Part shown: in pieces, positions 9,670 through 17,426 of the stretch | Position numbering within the stretch: the stretch's first letter is position 1 | How the letters are laid out: every line of letters begins with the position of its first letter | NCBI GenBank assembly: GCA_016872355.1 | Contig: VGZY01000005.1 | Location: 6,547-70,546, forward strand | Direction: 5' to 3' | Source: SAR202 cluster bacterium | Lineage (GTDB): Bacteria; Chloroflexota; Dehalococcoidia; Lucifugimonadales; VGZY01 | Length of the DNA stretch: 64,000 bases | Translations under genes and position numbers: made by a program | Notes under the pieces: model-generated | Seen by the model: only the letters and a program-made list of their open reading frames with translations | Databases searched by the model: none | What the model was told of the DNA's origin: nothing

Positions 9670-11769
9670 TCAGAAGCGCCAGCCGCGCTGGCCGCCGAGG
9701 GCGCGCTCGGAGGGACCGCTGTCGTCTGCGGGCTCCGGCTCGCCTACGAGGTTGCCGGACGCGTCCAGGTACCGAAGGTCCTGCCCGTAGAGGCGGCCCT
9801 TGAGCACGTTGACCAGGCTTTCGCGTATGTCTGCGAAGGCGGGGTTGTCCGACATGTCCTGCATTTCGTCGGGGTCGTTGAGCATGTCGAATAGCTGGAA
9901 GCGGTTGCCCGTCGGGTAGTAGATCAGCTTGAACCGGTTGTCTCGAATCATGCGTGAGGCGCGGGTGTCCTCCCAGTGCTCGCCGTACAGGTATTCGTGG
10001 CGCTTCTCGCCCAGCATCGACAGGCCCTCGACGGTCTCAAGCACCGGTATGCCGCACAGCTCCAGCAGCGTCGGCATGATGTCCGCCTGGGCAACGAGAC
10101 GGTTGTCCCGCTTGTTGCGCGGCATGTCCTTCCTGTTCGCGGGCGGCGTGAAAACCATCGGTATCTTCGTCGCCTCTTCGTAGAACAGGTCTTTCGAGTA
10201 TTGCCGGTGGTTGCCGATCATCTCTCCGTGGTCGGCCGTGAACATGATCGCCGTGTTCTCCAGCAGACCTTCCTCCCGCAGCAGCCCCAGCACCAGGCGG
10301 ACCTGGTGGTCCACGTGCGTGCACAGAGCGTAGAACGCCTGCCTCGCCAGCCTGATCGCGGCGTCCGAATACGGGTCCTGTCCGAAGCGACGCGACCGTA
10401 GCGCGTACGGCATTTTGGCAAGGTCGCGCGCCCACTCGCCTACGATGGGCATGTCGATGTCCACGTCTGCATACATGTCCAGGTAGTGCTGTGGCGGGGC
10501 CAGCGGCGGGTGCGGCGCGTTGAACGACATGTACCAGAACGCCGGCTTCGAGGGGTCGCGGCGCGCGATGTAGTTGGACATCTGCTTCGCGGTCCAGTTT
10601 GTCCACGTGTACTGCTCGGGCAGGTGGAAAGGGCGCGCGTTGTAGTCGTTGCTGCCCATCCCGTGGGTAAGCTCCTGCCCGGCGTAGCCGTGCTCGGCCA
10701 GGAAAATCTCGTAGTCGTCCTTCGTCATGCCCAGGTGGTGGCGGCCTTCCTCGTTTAGAAGCGCGTCGTCAAAGCCTATGCGGTCGCGGGGAGGGTAGAC
10801 GTGCAGCTTGCCGACCGCGTAGGCCTGGTAGCCGGCGTTTCGGAACGTCTGCGCCATGGTAGGCAGGCCCTCCGGCATGGGCTCGTATTCTTTGAACACC
10901 CTGTCGCCGTGTGTAGGGGAGAACGCGCCGGTCATGATCTCGCGGCGTGCCGGGATGCAGCTTGGGACTGTGGCGTAGGCGTTGGTGTACGCGATGCCGT
11001 TCTCGATTAGCTGGTCGAGGGTGGGTGTGAGGATGGCGGGGTGCCCGAGCGCGCCTATGAGGCGGCCGTACCAGTGGTCCGTGCAGATAAGCAGTACGTT
11101 GGGTCTATCCATCTTCGCTCCGGTGGCCCTGTAGCGCTTTGGGTCTAGAGGCGTGACCAGGCGCGGTCCGCGGTACTTCGGGTTCAGCAGTCGCCATGCG
11201 ATCAGCACGGCGACGAGGTCGCCCAGGACGAACATCAGCAGCAGCGCCATGAAGATGTTGCCCCAGTTGGACCACTGGACGGTGACATTGTCGGGCGTCC
11301 ACCGTATGACGGAGTGGCTTCCGAGGAACCCGGTCACGTTGATCCGGTAGTCCTCGGTGTATGCCAGCATGCTGTCTGCGCCTGTGGTATCGCGCAGGGA
11401 GAAGTACACCTTGCGCGCCGCAGCGCCCGACTGGCCTGCGGGCAGGTTGCCGCGCGGGACGGTGACGTAGGCGGTGTGGACGGACGTGCCCGGCGGTAGC
11501 GCGGCGAGGAACGCCTCGGGCGTATCGAGAATCGTGCCGCCGACATCCAGAATCGGCTCGCGCCGCGCGCTTATGCGACCGTCGTCAGTGAATGAGAATC
11601 GGTACTCAGAGGGACGGTCCACCGGCGAGACGGTGCGTGTCTCCTCGATCACGGAGGACGTTGGAATCACCTCCATCTTTGTTGATCGCAGGCTTAACAC
11701 GATGAACATGAGCGCGGCCCAGCCCAGGACGGGCAAGGCAATTTTGAGGAGCGTTTCCAGGTTCTTCAT
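9670..11769 (-). CDS. Sulfatase (formylglycine-type) with a 219-aa N-terminal 2-TM extension
   Basis: Sulfatase motifs LICTDHW, SCIPARREIMTG (C-x-P-x-R), FTADHGEMIGNH. The same ORF carries 219 preceding residues with hydrophobic helices at about aa 10-27 and 171-193. Strong SD AAGGAGG lies 7 nt before ATG 11769; an internal ATG at 11112 matches the start of the paralogues. Confidence 0.85.
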   Translation of the reverse strand: MKNLETLLKIALPVLGWAALMFIVLSLRSTKMEVIPTSSVIEETRTVSPVDRPSEYRFSFTDDGRISARREPILDVGGTILDTPEAFLAALPPGTSVHTAYVTVPRGNLPAGQSGAAARKVYFSLRDTTGADSMLAYTEDYRINVTGFLGSHSVIRWTPDNVTVQWSNWGNIFMALLLMFVLGDLVAVLIAWRLLNPKYRGPRLVTPLDPKRYRATGAKMDRPNVLLICTDHWYGRLIGALGHPAILTPTLDQLIENGIAYTNAYATVPSCIPARREIMTGAFSPTHGDRVFKEYEPMPEGLPTMAQTFRNAGYQAYAVGKLHVYPPRDRIGFDDALLNEEGRHHLGMTKDDYEIFLAEHGYAGQELTHGMGSNDYNARPFHLPEQYTWTNWTAKQMSNYIARRDPSKPAFWYMSFNAPHPPLAPPQHYLDMYADVDIDMPIVGEWARDLAKMPYALRSRRFGQDPYSDAAIRLARQAFYALCTHVDHQVRLVLGLLREEGLLENTAIMFTADHGEMIGNHRQYSKDLFYEEATKIPMVFTPPANRKDMPRNKRDNRLVAQADIMPTLLELCGIPVLETVEGLSMLGEKRHEYLYGEHWEDTRASRMIRDNRFKLIYYPTGNRFQLFDMLNDPDEMQDMSDNPAFADIRESLVNVLKGRLYGQDLRYLDASGNLVGEPEPADDSGPSERALGGQRGWRF

Positions 11770-11799
11770 GCGTGTGCCTCCTTCGCGCCTGCAGGAAAG

Positions 11800-13299
11800 C
11801 TAGTACCGGTATCCCCGCTGATTGCCGTAGCTGCCGTCCGGCATAGAGGGCCGGAAGACGATCCTGTCCGGTGTGCCTACCAGCTTACCGTCTTTGACGT
11901 AACGAAGGTCGTCGCCGTACAGGTTTTCGATGAGGAGTTCCGTAAGCTCCTTGCGCGCGGCCGCGTGTGCCGAGTCCTCAGAAATGTCGTGCATCTCGTT
12001 CGGGTCGTTCTGCAGGTCGAACATGTGGAAGCGGTTGCCCACCGGGTAGTAGACCAGCTTGTAGCGCCGGTTTCGGACCATGCGCGTCGCGAAGGCGTTC
12101 TCCCAGTGCTCGCCGTAGATGTAGTCGCGCTTCTTTTCGCCCACAAGGGAGAGGCCTTCCACGGTCGGCGGCGTCGGGATGCCGCACAGGTCCATCAGGG
12201 TAGGAAAGATGTCCGCCTGCACAGCGAGGCGGTCATCGCGGCGGTTCTTGCCGATGTCCTTGCGCGAGGCCTGCGGCATCAGGAGCAAGGGCACCTTGAT
12301 GGAGTTCTCGTACATCACCGCCTTTGCGTACATGCCGTGGTTTCCGAGCATGTCCCCGTGGTCGGAGGTGAACATGATGATCGTGTTGTCCAGGGTGCCC
12401 TTGCCGGGCGCGATGCCGTAAGTGCCGTATGCCTTGGGGTCCTTCCCGGTGGTGTCCAGCTCGCGGATGGTGCCCATGACAAGGCGTATCTGGTGGTCTA
12501 TGTGCGTCGCAAGGGCGTAGAACGCCTGGCGGGCCTTCCTGACGGCGCGATCGGGATAGAGGTCCGGGCTGTGGCGGCGCGCGCGGACGGCGTAAGGCAG
12601 CTTCGCGCGGTCCTTCGCCCATTCGCCCGTGAACGGCTCGTCGATCTCCAGGTCGCGATAGATGTCCATGTACTCCGCCAGTGGGGCCAGCGGAGGGTGC
12701 GGGTGGTTGAACGACATGTACCAGAACGAGGGCTTGCGAGGGTCCCGCCGCGCGATGGCCTTGCTCATCTGGTATGCCGTCCAGTTCGTCGGATGGAACT
12801 TCTCGGGCAGGTGCCAAGGGCGGGTCAGGTAGTCGTTGTGAGACATGCCGTGGCCGAACTCCTGGCCGGAGTAGCCCTCGTCGTGCAGGTATAGCTCGTA
12901 GTCGTCCTTCCGGAGGCCGAACTGGTGGCGGCCTTCCTCGTTCAGCAGGATGTCATCGAAACCTATGCGGTCGCGGGGAGGGTAGACGTGCAGCTTGCCG
13001 ACGGCGAAGGTCTGGTAGCCGTTGGCCCGGAACGTCTGGGCCAGCGTGGGCAGGTGCTGCGGCATCGGCAGCTTTTCATTGAAGACGCGGTCTCCGTGGG
13101 TGCGGGCGTGGGTGCCGGTCATTATCTCGCGCCGGGCCGGGATGCAGGACGGCGTGGGAGCGTAGGCGTTTGTGAACGCCACGCCGCTCATGATGATCTG
13201 GTCCAGTGTGGGCGTCAGCACCGTGGGGTGGCCGAGCGCGCCGATCATCTGGCCGAACCAGTGGTCCACGCTGATGAGGAGTACGTTGGGTCTATCCAT
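11800..13299 (-). CDS. Sulfatase (formylglycine-type), no signal peptide
   Basis: MDRPNVLLISVDHW, SCIPARREIMTG, FTSDHGDMLGNH. Paralogous to the two flanking genes. Confidence 0.9.
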   Translation of the reverse strand: MDRPNVLLISVDHWFGQMIGALGHPTVLTPTLDQIIMSGVAFTNAYAPTPSCIPARREIMTGTHARTHGDRVFNEKLPMPQHLPTLAQTFRANGYQTFAVGKLHVYPPRDRIGFDDILLNEEGRHQFGLRKDDYELYLHDEGYSGQEFGHGMSHNDYLTRPWHLPEKFHPTNWTAYQMSKAIARRDPRKPSFWYMSFNHPHPPLAPLAEYMDIYRDLEIDEPFTGEWAKDRAKLPYAVRARRHSPDLYPDRAVRKARQAFYALATHIDHQIRLVMGTIRELDTTGKDPKAYGTYGIAPGKGTLDNTIIMFTSDHGDMLGNHGMYAKAVMYENSIKVPLLLMPQASRKDIGKNRRDDRLAVQADIFPTLMDLCGIPTPPTVEGLSLVGEKKRDYIYGEHWENAFATRMVRNRRYKLVYYPVGNRFHMFDLQNDPNEMHDISEDSAHAAARKELTELLIENLYGDDLRYVKDGKLVGTPDRIVFRPSMPDGSYGNQRGYRY

Positions 13300-13353
13300 T
13301 GGTCGCTCCAGAGAGGGAGTGATGGGTGAACCGGATTAGATGCCAATCGCGCG

Positions 13354-14796
13354 TCAGAAGCGCCATCCGCGCTGGCCGCCCAATTGGCGGTCGTTGTGGG
13401 AAAGATTCGGCCCTTGCATGTCCGGCAGACCGACGAGCCTGCCGTCCTGGACCCAGTCGGTGTCTCCGCCGTAGAGGAGGGATATGAGCTCCTCTTCCAG
13501 GCGCGCGCGCGTATCAGCGTGGGCAGGATCGTTTGAAAGGTCGCGGGTCTCTTCGCGGTCGAGATGGAGGTCAAAGAGCTGCACGCGGTTGCCGACAGGG
13601 TAGTAGATGAGCTTGTATCGAGCGTCACGGACCATGCGTGTGGACTGGGCGTCCTCGTAGTGCTCGCCGTAAAGGACCTGGCGCTGTCTCTCGCCCAGCA
13701 GGTCCAGCCCCTCCACTGTGCCGGGGACCGGGATGCCGCACATTGCGAGCAGCGTGGGCATGATGTCGGCCTGAAGCGCGAGGCGGTCGTCGCGCTTGCC
13801 TCGCGGCATGTTGTTGCCGGCTGCAGGAGGTGCCAGGACCATCGGGATGCGGGTGGCGCCCTCGTACATAGTGTCCTTCGCCCAGGTACCGTGATCGCCG
13901 AGGACGTCCCCATGGTCCGACGTGAACATGATAGCTGTGTTTTCCAGGAGGCCTTCCTCACGCAACAGGCCTATCACAAGGCGCATCTGGTGGTCGATGT
14001 GGGTGCACAGCGCGTAGAACGCCCGGCGGGCGACGCGAATGGCATCGTCGGAATAGAAGCCGCGAGGGAAGCGTCTCACGCGGATGGCGTAAGGCATCGC
14101 GTCGAAGTCCTCGCACCAGTCGCCGTAGACGGGCATATCGATGTCTACGTCCGCGTACATTTCGAGGTAGTCCTTCGGCGGCGCCAGCGGAGGGTGCGGC
14201 GCATTGAAGGACATGTACCAGAAGGCGGGCTTTGATGGGTCGCGCCTGACGATGTAGCTGGACATCTGCCTTGCGGTCCAGTTCGTCCAACTCAGGCGCT
14301 CCGGCAGGTGGTACGGGCGAACTGTGTAGTCGTTGCTGCCCATCCCGTGAGCCAGCTCGTGTCCTGCGTAACCCTGCTCCGCAAGGAACATCTCATAGTC
14401 GTCTTTCACCATGCCCAGGTGGTGTCGCCCCTCTTCGTTGAGAAGCGCGTCGTCAAAGCCTATGCGGTCGCGGGGAGGGTAGACGTGCAGCTTGCCGACC
14501 GCGTAGGCCTGGTACCCCGCGTCCCGGAAGGTCTGCGCCATGGTGGGCAGCCCCTCCGGCATTGGCTCGTACTCCTTGAATATGCGGTCGCCGTGGGTGC
14601 GGGCGTGGGTGCCGGTCATTATCTCGCGCCGGGCCGGGATGCAGGCGGGGACGGCGGAGTAGGCGTTGGTGTAGGCGATTCCGGTCTCGATAAGCTGGTC
14701 GAGCGTTGGCGTGAGGATAGCAGGGTGGCCGAGCGCCCCTACCAGGCTGCCCGGCCAGTGGTCGACGCTTACGAGGAGTGCGTTGGGTCGTTCCAT
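13354..14796 (-). CDS. Sulfatase (formylglycine-type), no signal peptide
   Basis: Longest ORF (to 15147) trimmed to ATG 14796 (MERPNALLVSVDHW), because the upstream part overlaps the AI-2E gene. ACIPARREIMTG, FTSDHGDVLGDH. Shares a 74-nt identical DNA run with the first sulfatase. Confidence 0.9.
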   Translation of the reverse strand: MERPNALLVSVDHWPGSLVGALGHPAILTPTLDQLIETGIAYTNAYSAVPACIPARREIMTGTHARTHGDRIFKEYEPMPEGLPTMAQTFRDAGYQAYAVGKLHVYPPRDRIGFDDALLNEEGRHHLGMVKDDYEMFLAEQGYAGHELAHGMGSNDYTVRPYHLPERLSWTNWTARQMSSYIVRRDPSKPAFWYMSFNAPHPPLAPPKDYLEMYADVDIDMPVYGDWCEDFDAMPYAIRVRRFPRGFYSDDAIRVARRAFYALCTHIDHQMRLVIGLLREEGLLENTAIMFTSDHGDVLGDHGTWAKDTMYEGATRIPMVLAPPAAGNNMPRGKRDDRLALQADIMPTLLAMCGIPVPGTVEGLDLLGERQRQVLYGEHYEDAQSTRMVRDARYKLIYYPVGNRVQLFDLHLDREETRDLSNDPAHADTRARLEEELISLLYGGDTDWVQDGRLVGLPDMQGPNLSHNDRQLGGQRGWRF

Positions 14797-14798
14797 TG

Positions 14799-15983
14799 CT
14801 ACCTGTTCGGGTTGCCGGCGTCGGCGGGAGTCTCGTTCTTCGAATCGTCCGGGGTCTCGCTGCCGGGCTGGTGCTTCCTGCCCATGGCGTCCGGCTCCAC
14901 ACTGGCCCCGATCTGCGCGGGGGTCTCCTTGTCGCTCCACTCGTTGTAGAGGTATTTGTAGACCTGTTTGGTGACGGCCGCAATGGGGACGGCGGCAATG
15001 ACGCCCCACAGGCCGCCGACCTGCGACGCCACGACGAGGATGACCATAATGGCGGCAGGGTGAATGTTCACCGCGTGGCCCTGTATCCTGGGCACCAGCA
15101 GGGTATTTTCCAACACCTGGACGCCTGCGTACAGGAGTACCACCCATACAACGTCCTCAGGAGATGTGGCGAGAGTAACCAGAATGCCCGGGATTGCGCC
15201 GAGGACGGGGCCCACCACCGGGATGAGCTCCGTCAGGCCGGCGATGATGCCAAGCAGGACCGCGTATGGAACGCCGATGGCGGACAGGCCGATGAAGACC
15301 ATACCGCCAACGACGATCACGAGCACGAACTGGGTCCGGACGTACCTGCCGAAGACGGTGTTGACTATGGCCAGGATGTTCCTTGCGTGGGGCTGAATGC
15401 GCGCGGGGAACAGGTCGTAGAAGGACGCAGCGGCCTTCTCTTGGTCTTTGAGAATGTAAAAGAGGAAGAAGGGCACTATCAGGAGGCCGAATACGATGGT
15501 GAACACGGAGGATACAGCCTCGACGGTGCGCATCACCACGGAGCGTGCGGCGGAAATGGTGACTTCGCCCACTTCATTCAGCCCGTTCTGTATCTGGACG
15601 CGAATCTCTTCGGGGATCCTGTTTACGTATTCCTGGTTCCAGCTCTCAATTGCGATCCGTGCGCGGGTGAATAGCTCCGGCACCAGGTCGATAAGCTGCG
15701 ATGCCTGACTCACCGCGGGAGGGACTATGAGGAGGACCGCCAGGGCGACGACGCAGAGGGCGGCGAGGTAGATGACCGCGATGGCGAGAATGCGGCTCAG
15801 CGCGGGGCGGCGGCGCCGCCATGGCATTATCCCTTCAAGCCTCGTGACGATTGGAGTGAGGATGAAGGCCAGGACGACGGAGAGGATGAAGGGGAAAAGC
15901 GCGTCCCTTGCCACGTACAGCAGATAGGCAATGGCGGCGACGGCAACGGCCACGAGTATCTGGCGCTTTCTGCTGTCGTGCAT
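14799..15983 (-). CDS. AI-2E family transporter (PerM/UPF0118-type membrane protein)
   Basis: Trimmed to ATG 15983 (MHDSRKRQILV...); the longer ORF runs through a 19-bp hairpin. Multiple TM helices and motifs FFLFYILKD, ELIPVVGPVLGAIP. The stop lies 2 nt before the sulfatase start. Confidence 0.85.
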   Translation of the reverse strand: MHDSRKRQILVAVAVAAIAYLLYVARDALFPFILSVVLAFILTPIVTRLEGIMPWRRRRPALSRILAIAVIYLAALCVVALAVLLIVPPAVSQASQLIDLVPELFTRARIAIESWNQEYVNRIPEEIRVQIQNGLNEVGEVTISAARSVVMRTVEAVSSVFTIVFGLLIVPFFLFYILKDQEKAAASFYDLFPARIQPHARNILAIVNTVFGRYVRTQFVLVIVVGGMVFIGLSAIGVPYAVLLGIIAGLTELIPVVGPVLGAIPGILVTLATSPEDVVWVVLLYAGVQVLENTLLVPRIQGHAVNIHPAAIMVILVVASQVGGLWGVIAAVPIAAVTKQVYKYLYNEWSDKETPAQIGASVEPDAMGRKHQPGSETPDDSKNETPADAGNPNR

Positions 15984-16113
15984 CCTGAGGGCCTCCGCTC
16001 TTGAGGCGTATCCATCGCTGGTGGAGACAACTATACTACAGCAAGCTCGCCCGGCTGGTAGAGATGTCCGGTGGTTAGGACGGCGGCCGCGACGCCACGC
16101 TCTATCGGCAATC

Positions 16114-16159
16114 TGCTGATGGGAAGTCCGGCCTAACGAAGCCGGACTTCCCATCAGCA
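16114..16159 (-). terminator. Perfect 19-bp hairpin without U-tract (putative terminator or RNA element)
   Basis: TGCTGATGGGAAGTCCGGC - CTAACGAA - GCCGGACTTCCCATCAGCA. Lies 8 nt downstream of the stop of the 124-aa ORF on the minus strand. Confidence 0.4.
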
Positions 16160-16166
16160 TGCGCCT

Positions 16167-16541
16167 TCAGCCGACGGCTTGCGGGGCCGCTTTCTTGCGC
16201 AGCCACTTGAATGCCAGTCCTATCCTCTTGCGGTAGACGATGAGGTTGGCAGCCGTGAGAATGAAGTAGATTACCGTCACTGCCATATGCGCGCCGGGAA
16301 TCAGGAGCTGGATAAGGAAGAGTCCCATGAGTAGTAGCGCGCCCACCAGGGACATCCTCAAATCAAGAAGCAGCGAAACGGCGAAAAGCGATTGCGCCGC
16401 CGTCAGGAGGACTTCCTCTTGCTGGCGGGAGTCAAGCGGCAGCGGGTCCAGCTCGTCCGGGTGCGCGCCGAACCCTGCGCGGCGCATCAGGTGCGCGTAG
16501 AGGGCACGGGTGGAGATGTCCTTCTTGGTTGAGGTTGTCAA
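16167..16541 (-). CDS. Small membrane protein, possibly a chimeric gene remnant
   Basis: N-terminus ALYAHLMRRAGFGAHPDELD resembles DUF1800 N-termini. The C-terminal 85 aa form 2-3 hydrophobic helices. Coding status uncertain. Confidence 0.4.
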   Translation of the reverse strand: MTTSTKKDISTRALYAHLMRRAGFGAHPDELDPLPLDSRQQEEVLLTAAQSLFAVSLLLDLRMSLVGALLLMGLFLIQLLIPGAHMAVTVIYFILTAANLIVYRKRIGLAFKWLRKKAAPQAVG

Positions 16542-16553
16542 TTGTCTCTCCCG

Positions 16554-16973
16554 TTAAGCAGCTTCGGAGGACTTGCGACGTGACTTGGTAGTGGCGGACT
16601 TGCTCTTATGGGCCTTTGCCTTGGGTGGCTGAGCACTGTTGGTACCAGGCTTGCGGGCTTGGTCGCGCTCTCTCCAGTAAGCAATCTCCTCTTCCGCCGT
16701 CTTGTTCCCCATCTGCTGCGACAGCGCCGATTGGGCCTCGTGCATCATCTCCACCGCGTCGAATTTTTTTGGAGGAGCGATTCCTGCGGTGAGTAGGACA
16801 AGGTCAGCCTTTGTAATAGCCTTGTCTGTCTGATCTTGCCACGCAACCAACCGTTTCCGCCTTTCCTCCCAGAAGACCACTTCTTCCGCAGTGGTCATGC
16901 CGGTCGTAAGGCTGTTAATAGCCTGCGCGCTCCGGTCGATCATATCTCTCACTTTAATTTTCTTCGTTGTCAT
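16554..16973 (-). CDS. Hypothetical protein with internal duplication and a basic tail (candidate partner of the upstream PIN protein)
   Basis: SD GAGGTG 7 nt before ATG 16973. Overlaps the PIN gene end by 20 nt. Duplicated segment TTAEEVVFWEERRKRL / KTAEEEIAYWRERDQAR. Lys/Ser/Ala-rich C-terminal tail. Confidence 0.5.
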   Translation of the reverse strand: MTTKKIKVRDMIDRSAQAINSLTTGMTTAEEVVFWEERRKRLVAWQDQTDKAITKADLVLLTAGIAPPKKFDAVEMMHEAQSALSQQMGNKTAEEEIAYWRERDQARKPGTNSAQPPKAKAHKSKSATTKSRRKSSEAA

Positions 16974-17424
16974 AATGGATCACCTCACTCGGTGAGAAGA
17001 TGCCCAAAGGCGGCAATCCATACACCGTATTGATCGCATTGTAAACTGGGATCTTTTGAAAATGGACTATGTGTTTGAAATTCCAGCTTACAACCATCCT
17101 GCAGTCTGAGGTTGAAGCCACGGCGATATGAAGTGCGTCCTTGTGCGATTTCGAGCCAACGACCTGAGCGGTTAAGTAGGCATCCCGTAACTGTATTGCG
17201 GTATCAGATATCGGCACGACTTCAATAATCCCCGCCAAACCTGAGTATACCTTTCGAACGGCTGGTGGGGCCAGAGCAAGCTCTTCCTCGACTATTGAGG
17301 AAGTGATCAAGGCAAAGCGGCCTTCCAAAACTTGCTCAAAGAAAGCTTTGCTCGCTACCGTGAACTCCGGGTCGAACAGCCCACCGAAGACGGAGGTGTC
17401 ACAATAAACCCTAATGGGCGCCAT
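16954..17424 (-). CDS. PIN-domain protein (VapC-like ribonuclease)
   Basis: Conserved acidic positions in VYCDTSVFGG, IVEEEL, DALHIAVAS, VSWNFKHI. ATG 17424 lies 2 nt after the dipeptidase stop (alternative GTG 17442). About 40-47% GC in counted lines versus about 63% in neighbours. Confidence 0.8.
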   Translation of the reverse strand: MAPIRVYCDTSVFGGLFDPEFTVASKAFFEQVLEGRFALITSSIVEEELALAPPAVRKVYSGLAGIIEVVPISDTAIQLRDAYLTAQVVGSKSHKDALHIAVASTSDCRMVVSWNFKHIVHFQKIPVYNAINTVYGLPPLGIFSPSEVIHYDNEEN

Positions 17425-17426
17425 TC

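Noticed and set aside
14797-16160. N-terminal extensions of the longest ORFs (sulfatase 13354..15147, AI-2E 14799..16160, sigma factor 5782..6756, and others).
   Set aside because: The extensions overlap the preceding gene or run through the 16114-16159 hairpin, and are Arg/Pro-rich. Internal ATGs align with the N-termini of paralogues or families (MERPN..., MHDSRKRQ..., MDEKDAIERC...).
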